A stretch of DNA of 55,251 nt from a bacterium (lineage in GTDB: Bacteria > SZUA-182 > DTGQ01 > JAFGSM01), in assembly GCA_049472335.1 (NCBI GenBank), contig JBLIRO010000033.1, forward strand, positions 1 through 55,251, read 5' to 3'. A program made the translations under genes and the position numbers. Positions 48,639-55,251 of this stretch are shown one piece after another (positions within the stretch are counted from its first letter, which is position 1; each line of letters opens with the position of its first letter). The notes below the pieces were generated by a model. It was not told the origin of the DNA. It made no database searches and saw only the letters and a program-made list of their open reading frames with translations.

Positions 48639-50480
48639 ATGACCGGACCATCATATAATATAAAGAGCTTAGCTCCCGGGAAGAGTAACGAAGAGACCTT
48701 GCCGTTAAAGCACGCCTGGCCGCTGGGAGCATCTTGTGGACCGGTCTGGATGTCCCATTCCGAGGTTCGGTTTCGCGTATGGGCTCCGCATGCGGAAGAG
48801 GTGCGAGTCGAGTTCGAAAAGGGGCCATCAGCCGTTCTGCACAGGGAATCCGATGCCCCTCACTTCTGGTCCGCGGATGTCAGCGGGCTCAAGGCCGGAG
48901 ACCGCTACCGTATTGTGCTCTCGTCCAACTGGAACGATTGCTATCAAACCGAGGGAGCAGAGCTTATTCGGCGTGATCCCTATGCCCGGGAGACTGATTT
49001 TGATTCCTCCTGGTGCATATTGACCTCTCCCTTCTTTGACTGGTCTGAATTTAGACCTCCCGCATATAACAAGCTTATTATTTATGAATTACACGTAGGC
49101 AGTTTCCCTCCCCGGATCGACGAAAAGAGCGCGTTCGAGCTTACGGCTGAATGCCTTTCACACATCAAAGGCCTTGGTTTCAACTGCATTCAGTTGATGC
49201 CTGTTACCGAGTTTGGCGGCATATGGGGATACAATCCCAGACAGTTGCTAGCTGTTCATGGGAAATGGGGCAGCGCTTATCAATTCAAAGAGTTGATCAA
49301 CCATGCTCATAAACTGGGGCTGGCGGTGGTTATGGATATAGTTCTCAATCACGGCAGCGCGAAACTTAACTCCCTCTGGAATTGGGACGGCTATGGCCCC
49401 AACAACTGCGGCGGAATATATTTCGAAGGAGAAAGCGATACCCCGTGGGGACGACGGTTCGCCTTCCACAAATGGGAAGTGAAGGAGTATCTGAAAGCCG
49501 CATGCCGCATGTGGATAGAGGAATATCATATGGACGGCCTGCGTTTCGATTCCGTTCACAATATGCCCTGGAACCTTCTACAGGAAATGACCCATGAAAT
49601 AAAACGTCATTATCCGGGCAAAATCCTTATTGCCGAGATCACACCGGAAAATCCGGCCGTGGTTACCGAAGCTGGGTTTGATGCCTGCTGGATACATGCC
49701 GCTCACTTCGATTCTGTGAAAATCATTAAAGGTCATGACGGTGGGAACAATCCGCAAACCCTTATATCACTGTTAAAATCGATGATCGATATACACCGGG
49801 GTTTTCCAAAGTCCTGCAGCGCGATAAACTCAATGCTGGGATCACACGATCAGTGCGGTGACCGTCATGGAGGCAGCCAGGGCGGAGGATGCCATAGGTA
49901 CTTTATATCGAGGCTGGGGGGCAGGAACAACTGGCTCGCCCGGGCCAAGGCTAGAATGTGGTACGCGCTTCAGGCTATGAGTCGGGGACTGCCGATGATC
50001 TTTATGGGCACAGAAACCCTGCAGGACGATTGGTGGCACGTTGATGACTATCACTGTTTTGACTGGAAATTGATTGAAGAGAGCGATCCATTCGCCGCAC
50101 AGATGATGAACTGTGTGAGAGATGTTAATAAGCTCCGATTGAGCAGCCATGCACTAATAACGGAAAACATCAGGTTTGTTCATGAAGACCCTGAGAATAC
50201 CGTCCTTGGGTGGGTACGATGGGCTGACGGAGGCAGGGCGGGTGATGTATATCTATGCGTGGCACACCCCGGTGAGGGCGAATGGACCGGAAATGAATAC
50301 GCCCTGTATACCGGCTGGGGAGCAAACCGCAGATGGATACAGATATTCAACACGCAGGAGGAAGCATACGGGGGCTGGGCCGAGTCCGGAACGTACGGGG
50401 GACTGGTGAGCGACCGGGAGGAGAAAATCCGGATCAATCTCCCCAAATGGTCACTATCTGTATTCAGGCTTGAAACTTGA
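48639..50480 (+). CDS. GH13 alpha-amylase family enzyme with CBM48 (branching-enzyme/TreZ-like)
   Basis: FRVWAPHA, RDPYAR, IYELHVGSF, WGYNP, DIVLNH, and catalytic DGLRFDSV, IAE, SHD. Confidence 0.9.
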   Translation: MTGPSYNIKSLAPGKSNEETLPLKHAWPLGASCGPVWMSHSEVRFRVWAPHAEEVRVEFEKGPSAVLHRESDAPHFWSADVSGLKAGDRYRIVLSSNWNDCYQTEGAELIRRDPYARETDFDSSWCILTSPFFDWSEFRPPAYNKLIIYELHVGSFPPRIDEKSAFELTAECLSHIKGLGFNCIQLMPVTEFGGIWGYNPRQLLAVHGKWGSAYQFKELINHAHKLGLAVVMDIVLNHGSAKLNSLWNWDGYGPNNCGGIYFEGESDTPWGRRFAFHKWEVKEYLKAACRMWIEEYHMDGLRFDSVHNMPWNLLQEMTHEIKRHYPGKILIAEITPENPAVVTEAGFDACWIHAAHFDSVKIIKGHDGGNNPQTLISLLKSMIDIHRGFPKSCSAINSMLGSHDQCGDRHGGSQGGGCHRYFISRLGGRNNWLARAKARMWYALQAMSRGLPMIFMGTETLQDDWWHVDDYHCFDWKLIEESDPFAAQMMNCVRDVNKLRLSSHALITENIRFVHEDPENTVLGWVRWADGGRAGDVYLCVAHPGEGEWTGNEYALYTGWGANRRWIQIFNTQEEAYGGWAESGTYGGLVSDREEKIRINLPKWSLSVFRLET

Positions 50481-50504
50481 CAAAAAGGCGGCAGAGTATA
50501 AAAT
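50477..50504 (+). promoter_or_regulatory. Possible promoter of the Xre/RES TA pair
   Basis: TTGACA (50477-50482), 16-bp spacer, TAAAAT (50499-50504). Confidence 0.5.
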
Positions 50505-50612
50505 ATAAATATACAACTGATTTAGTTGCAAATTTTTTGCTTATACAGACAATTGAAAGAAAGAGCAAAACGACTTTTTGATTATCTATCAATTACTTTG
50601 GAGGCGATTTTT

Positions 50613-50963
50613 ATGGAAGCAGCAGTCTATAAACCAGAGATAGAAAATTTGCTGAACATATTAGAGAAAATATTGGGAGGCCGCAAAATGCTGGCGGACC
50701 TGCTGGGAGTCGATAAATCACAGATAACAAGATGGCACAAACTGACATATCCGGACAAAAAAAATCTGGCAAAGATTATAGGGATTAATTACATAATAGT
50801 CAGATTAATGCAAAATTTCAGATATGTTGATTCAGCCCTTAAATGGCTGAACGGAGAGAATCTTCATCTGAATAACAGACGGCCGATCGATGTTTTAAAA
50901 GACAACAGGATTAATGATGTTTTGCTAGCAATTGATATGTATGAAACAGGCTCATATGCCTAA
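50613..50963 (+). CDS. Xre/MbcA/ParS-type antitoxin (HTH plus DUF2384-like C-terminus)
   Basis: HTH LADLLGVDKSQITRW, C-terminal WLNGENLHLNNRRPIDVL...V, ending GSYA. GGAGG RBS before ATG 50613. Confidence 0.85.
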   Translation: MEAAVYKPEIENLLNILEKILGGRKMLADLLGVDKSQITRWHKLTYPDKKNLAKIIGINYIIVRLMQNFRYVDSALKWLNGENLHLNNRRPIDVLKDNRINDVLLAIDMYETGSYA

Positions 50964-51519
50964 GGAGAGCCTTTTCAGGATTTTTAATTTTTCAGCCGCC
51001 AAGAAAAACAACCCCTTCGAAATAGATATTCATAAACAAGGAAAAGGAAGATTCGACATAATTCATAAGGATACTGTCATTTATTTGTCACTGCAGAAGA
51101 TATCCGCTATAGCGGAATGTATACTGCATCTGAGAAATATAAATCTTAACAACAGAGACTTTGAGGTTGGAGAGGATACGGTTAAGGCATTGGCGGAAAT
51201 AAAGATCATAAAAAAATTAGACCTGGCAGATCTGAATGATATTAAAGACCTGGAAAGATATAATATTAAACCATCCGAGGTGGTAACCCATGACAGGGAA
51301 ATAACACGGAGGGTTTCCGAAAAAATATATGATTTTCAGGTTGACGGATTTTTATGGTGGTCTTCAATAGAATCAAAATGGAAAAACGCCACACTTTTCA
51401 AATCCAGAGCAGAAAAAAAATTGAAGGTTCATAATATAATAAGATTGAGTGTGGATGTAGAAGATGTGCAGGAAGCTGCCAGATTTTTAAATATCAAGCT
51501 AATTCCAGAAAACGCCTGA
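50956..51519 (+). CDS. RES domain toxin (NAD+-degrading/ART-like family)
   Basis: GRFD (R), IYLS...SAIAE (E), DGFLWWSS (S). Start overlaps the antitoxin stop. Confidence 0.85.
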   Translation: MPKESLFRIFNFSAAKKNNPFEIDIHKQGKGRFDIIHKDTVIYLSLQKISAIAECILHLRNINLNNRDFEVGEDTVKALAEIKIIKKLDLADLNDIKDLERYNIKPSEVVTHDREITRRVSEKIYDFQVDGFLWWSSIESKWKNATLFKSRAEKKLKVHNIIRLSVDVEDVQEAARFLNIKLIPENA

Positions 51520-51541
51520 ACATTTTTTTCCAATCGCTGCT

Positions 51542-52315
51542 TTACATAAGATCCCTGGCCTTTACCTCCGGATGGTGATATCGCTTGCGTCCAATGGTTT
51601 TTTCCCCGATCTGGATCGCTTCCTGAGGGCACCATTGCAGGCAGGCCAGACACTGTTCACAAGAGTGAAGCCAGCTCGGTTTGCCCTCCCTGATCTCGAT
51701 GTTCCCTACCTGGCACACCCTTTCACATATCCCGCAACTGTTGCATGTCTCAGAAACCGTGAACTTCTTGTCGAGATTTGGAAAGGCTCTCATGGAAAGC
51801 CTGTAAAGCCAACCCGTGATTACTCTGCCGAAGAAACCTCCCATTTCGACTTCCTGTGACCTCTTCTCCTTGACAACAGCACATATCTCATCGATACGAG
51901 CCTTGGCCCTGCCAAACATATCCTGCTGTTTCTCTTCGGGAATTGCCCCATCCCATATAATGTAGTTTGTCGGCATCTTAACGATAAACCCGGATGAAAG
52001 GGTAATTCCTCTCTCACACAGTTGTCTTTTAACCTCTACTAATGTGCCGCTTGCTGAGCTGCCACAGGTACATACGGCAAAAACGTACCTGTCAGAGCCG
52101 ATCCTTACCCTATCCAAAAACCGTCTTACCACCAACGGAGCCCCCCATGCGTACACAGGGAACACCATCCCTACAATGTCTGTACCGGGTGACATTTGCT
52201 CTTCTGTCGCCCTGGCCAGGGGCACGAGTTCTGTCTCATCGAGAGTTTCAGTCAAGTCTCTGGCGATCTTCAATGAGTTCCCCGTGCCGGTGAAATAATA
52301 GATTGTAGCGCTCAT
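51542..52315 (-). CDS. EFR1 family flavodoxin-ferredoxin protein
   Basis: YYFTGTGNS, FPVYAWG, MPTNYI, CNSCGICERVC and CEQCLACLQWCP. RBS AAGGAG. Confidence 0.9.
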   Translation of the reverse strand: MSATIYYFTGTGNSLKIARDLTETLDETELVPLARATEEQMSPGTDIVGMVFPVYAWGAPLVVRRFLDRVRIGSDRYVFAVCTCGSSASGTLVEVKRQLCERGITLSSGFIVKMPTNYIIWDGAIPEEKQQDMFGRAKARIDEICAVVKEKRSQEVEMGGFFGRVITGWLYRLSMRAFPNLDKKFTVSETCNSCGICERVCQVGNIEIREGKPSWLHSCEQCLACLQWCPQEAIQIGEKTIGRKRYHHPEVKARDLM

Positions 52316-52393
52316 CTCAACTCCTTGGCTTTTTCCTCAGAATGTTGCCGAACACTCCACATAACCGGTTGGTAAAGGAATGAGGCGGGATTG

Positions 52394-52510
52394 TCAGTCT
52401 GAAGCAGGCGCTTGGCTGTTGTGTTTAACAAATATCAGATTATCAATATCAAACCCAAGCTCTTTGGATCTTTTTACAAACCGGTCCAAAAGTCCCTTAC
52501 TTACAGTCGG
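52394..52510 (-). pseudogene. C-terminal remnant of a Blc-type lipocalin gene
   Basis: PTVSKGLLDRFVKRSKELGFDIDNLIFVKH matches the pattern of bacterial lipocalin C-termini (P......F...A..LGFD...LI.V.H). The rest of the gene is missing. Confidence 0.7.
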
Positions 52511-52753
52511 GATATACACCTTTTGGAAGGCCTATGCACCTGCTCAGAAAAAGTGATATAAAAACAACAAGAAATTCACGCATGATTTTTTCCTTATGGC
52601 ACCATAACTTCGGAATAACCATCTTCATAACTGTTTACGTGGGTCTTCGCTTTTCAGATCCAGTTCCTCAGTGATGGAAGTTATATAATAATAATTTTGA
52701 GAAAAGAACATTTCAGCTAAGACTTCCAGTATTTTCGAGTATCTTATCAACTA

Positions 52754-53080
52754 TCAAACAAATTCTGCTTTACTAAATGCCAGTATTGGGAAAAAAATAA
52801 ATGGTAAAAAAAATAGACCAATGCCAAAACCAGCACTTTTACCAAAATTATAAGCAATATCGATATTTACGATTATATCGATTACTATATTAACAAAAGG
52901 AATAAAGAATAGTAATATCCACCAGCCTGGTCTTCCCGCAATTTTTACTAAAATGTAAATGTTATAAATGGGGATAATACATGCCCACCCAGGCTCTCCT
53001 GCTTTAATAAATGTTATCCAAAGGCCGACGATTGATATAACAATAATAGACAGATTAATTAAGAAAATAATTCCTTTCAT
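52754..53080 (-). CDS. DUF5684-like small membrane protein
   Basis: W..F.KAGEPGWACIIPIYN, GRPGWWILLFFIPFVN, FGKSAGFGIGL..LP.IF.PILAF. Confidence 0.8.
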   Translation of the reverse strand: MKGIIFLINLSIIVISIVGLWITFIKAGEPGWACIIPIYNIYILVKIAGRPGWWILLFFIPFVNIVIDIIVNIDIAYNFGKSAGFGIGLFFLPFIFFPILAFSKAEFV

Positions 53081-53256
53081 TTTTCATATCCTTTTTTATA
53101 AGCTATCGCAATATTTTTTTATTATGGTTAGTTGTAATCATTTATTAGTGAACAACAGAATAATTACCTATAATCTATATTTTGGCGATCCAACGTATAT
53201 ACTCTGCTGATTGCTTGTTGCCAGGCACGAAACATACAGAGACTTCAAAGAAATCA

Positions 53257-53658
53257 TCAGGCGTGAAGCAACTCATTTTGCGCCCGTTCTATTAAGGAAC
53301 AGGTCGCATCGAATTGTATCGCTATATCAAGATATTGCTTGGCACACTCAAAATTCCCTTTTCTTCCTTCAGCAATTGCGAGATATGCTGCATCTATGGC
53401 TTTGCTGCGAGTTTCTTCATTTTCTTTCATCGCTTGTTTTAATAGTACAATTCCTTTATCAAGTTCTCCTAACTCGACAAGAACAATACCACGTGTCCCC
53501 TTAAATGCTGGAACCCAGGGGAAACTTTGATACGCTTGAGCAGAGAACTTATCAGCTTCTTCCAATAATCCTTGCCGATCAAACAAATCGAGAATTTCAT
53601 CATTATGTCTCTCAGCATTGTTGAAAGACATGCCTACTTCTTCCCCTTCATCGGTCAT
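53257..53658 (-). CDS. Short TPR-like protein, possibly a truncated C-terminal fragment
   Basis: GTRGIVLVELGELDKGIVLLKQA and YLAIAEGRKGNFECAKQYLDIA are TPR-like helical pairs. Confidence 0.55.
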   Translation of the reverse strand: MTDEGEEVGMSFNNAERHNDEILDLFDRQGLLEEADKFSAQAYQSFPWVPAFKGTRGIVLVELGELDKGIVLLKQAMKENEETRSKAIDAAYLAIAEGRKGNFECAKQYLDIAIQFDATCSLIERAQNELLHA

Positions 53659-53731
53659 TCATAAACAAGCATAAGTTTTTGACAAGATTATTCTTTGTCC
53701 CCTTAACATATTTGGATTTACAGGACGCAGA

Positions 53732-53828
53732 GAGTAACGCCATCATTACCAGTCTGAAACCCGCCTTGCTTTCCCCGAATTACTTTGTGTGCACCGGGGT
53801 TTTAGGTCTGGCGCATGAAAAGTTAAAC
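53732..53828 (-). mobile_element. Degenerate attC-like site
   Basis: Minus strand GTTTAAC-ttttc-ATGCGCCAG...AAACCC..GGGTTT...CTGGTAAT-gatggc-GTTACTC, 28 bp after the MBL gene stop. Confidence 0.5.
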
Positions 53829-53856
53829 CCTGATGTGAAGACATTTAATCAATTTC

Positions 53857-54668
53857 CTAAACATCCTCCTGATTGTTTTTGATTTCAATCTTATCACCAT
53901 ATTGCATGATACTACATTCGATTCCCAATTTTTCCACTTCGCATTTGAACTGATAATCATCAACTGGGGCCACTCTTTTTTTCCAAAAAAAAGGCACATT
54001 GTAATGACAGGGGATAACCAATTTTGGGGAAATGAGTTTCACCGCTTCCAGAGCTTCAGTAGCATCCATGGTCCATGTGTTATTGCCTAAGCCGCCTATT
54101 GGAATCATAAGGACATCTGGTTTCAAACCCGTCCATTCTTTCTGAAATAGACTATCTCCCAAGTTGACAACTGTTTTGTTTTTGATTTGAATTTTGAAAC
54201 CTATGGAGCCAAATCCAACACGTTCTTCTGGTCTGGGTGTCTTCCGCTGTTTTAGACCGAAAATCCTGAACTCAATGGGACCGTGAATCGTCCGGAGTCC
54301 TTGGACTTGTATACCATCAAAATTTTTCGATTTACCTACATCCAGTAAGAATACTTTACCGGGATAGAAGGGTACGAATTGAAGTCCACGACCGCGTGGC
54401 GCCAGGATGTGAGATTCCGATCCTGCTTGTTTAACCATCGTTCTGTTTAGTATCAATGAAGCGTCAGCCGCGTTTGCAACCCGGTCTGCCTGCCAGTAGT
54501 GGTCAGGGTCGCCGTGGGTAATCAAAACGTGAGTGATCTCTTTCCATTCTTGCTTTGGAATGAGACTACAAAGTTTAAACCACCACAAATTCTGTCCCGG
54601 GTCAATGGCAATTTTTTTTCTCCTTCTTCTATTATTAAGGCATTGTATAGATAATGTTTAATTTTCAT
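53857..54668 (-). CDS. Metallo-beta-lactamase fold hydrolase (UPF0173-like), frameshifted near its 5' end
   Basis: ITHGDPDH, GF.I......NLGDS, DVLMIPIGG, VIPCHY. The N-terminus MKIKHYLYNALIIEEGEKK (ATG 54668) joins IAIDPGQNLWW only if T8 at 54612-54619 were T9. Confidence 0.85.
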
Positions 54669-54721
54669 TCCCCATCCTCTAGCTTTGCTTGAGAAACTCG
54701 GGAAAATATATAATTATTGTA

Positions 54722-54814
54722 ACTTAACGAAAAAAATCACCTGTACGTCCATGTTACAAATGCATTCACGAATCACGGCCAGCTAAGTGAAATCAGGTGG
54801 ATTTACTGTTGTGC
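54722..54814 (-). mobile_element. Integron attC recombination site
   Basis: Minus strand R'' GCACAAC, 5-nt spacer, L'' ATCCACCTG ... L' CAGGTGAT, T-rich spacer, R' GTTAAGT. L''/L' pair with one extrahelical base. Lies 11 bp after the antitoxin stop. Confidence 0.78.
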
Positions 54815-54825
54815 CTCTTTTTATT

Positions 54826-55098
54826 TCAAGAATCCTTTTCTACTAGAAGTCCACCGACGAACTTGTGGAGCACGCTAGAGATAAAAGTTTGATAAGGAAG
54901 ACCTTCTTCAAGGGCTTTCTGCTGAAGCTTAGATAGGTCTTTTCCCGAAATACGGATGTTTACTCTCTTGTCTTTTCTAAAAGTCGCCTTGGCGTATTCT
55001 TGGTAACGTTTGGATTCTTTCTTGAAGTTAGGGATACTTTTCCATTCCCCTCTTTCAACGGATTCAACTAGTTCTTTTTCCTCTTTGGTTAATTTCAT
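54826..55098 (-). CDS. Ribbon-helix-helix antitoxin (BrnA/CopG-like)
   Basis: KDKRVNIRIS..DL..LQ.KALEEGLPYQTFISSVLHKFV. ATGA overlap with the upstream toxin. Confidence 0.88.
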   Translation of the reverse strand: MKLTKEEKELVESVERGEWKSIPNFKKESKRYQEYAKATFRKDKRVNIRISGKDLSKLQQKALEEGLPYQTFISSVLHKFVGGLLVEKDS

Positions 55099-55250
55099 TC
55101 TTTTTCATCTCCTAAATATCTCTTAGTCATTTTTCTACTGGGAATTATTGTTTTAAGAAAGACAATTTCTTCTGTTTCTACAAAAGGGACCAGATATACG
55201 TAATCTTCAACATTAACTATGAATATTTTCTGATTCTGATATCTTTCCGG
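55095..55250 (-). CDS. BrnT-like toxin, 3' part (runs off the right edge)
   Basis: PERYQNQKIFIVNVEDYVYLVPFVETEEIVFLKTIIPSRKMTKRYLGDEKE*, with the YLVPFVE...FLKTIIPSRK signature. Confidence 0.85.
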   Translation of the reverse strand, partial: PERYQNQKIFIVNVEDYVYLVPFVETEEIVFLKTIIPSRKMTKRYLGDEKE

Positions 55251-55251
55251 G

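Overview
Bacterial accessory-rich window with six blocks. (1) 549-10226: a compact five-gene operon behind a consensus sigma70 promoter. It resembles an Ssp-type single-strand DNA phosphorothioation module (DUF4007 SspB, P-loop SspC, PAPS-reductase SspD), but a GHKL-ATPase/histidine-kinase fusion and a large split-receiver protein sit between sspC and sspD, and there is no SspA, SspE or SspFGH in the window. This is the best candidate for an undescribed defence system. (2) 10435-38489, minus strand: a secreted surface/toxin locus encoding an LVIVD-repeat protein, a 4547-aa CARDB/Ig-rich protein with an HExxH domain, a 3290-aa transglutaminase-like/RHS protein with an AT-rich unknown C-terminal tip, then an ankyrin protein and a DUF4412-like protein as candidate immunity genes. 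(3) A TPR lipoprotein, an ABC-transporter remnant, and a B12-binding radical SAM enzyme paired with a protein carrying repeated EP(A/V)(H/Q) motifs, a candidate new protein/peptide-modification system. (4) hpt and an nfeD-nfeD-floA-yqfB-like flotillin operon. (5) A GH13 enzyme and an Xre/RES toxin-antitoxin pair. (6) 51542-55251: co-oriented short genes and gene fragments with one clear and several degenerate attC sites, suggesting the decaying tail of an integron cassette array that includes a BrnT/BrnA-like TA pair. Two genes are broken by single-base shortfalls in A/T homopolymers. No rRNA, tRNA, CRISPR array or transposase was recognised. All family assignments come from motif reading, not database searches.
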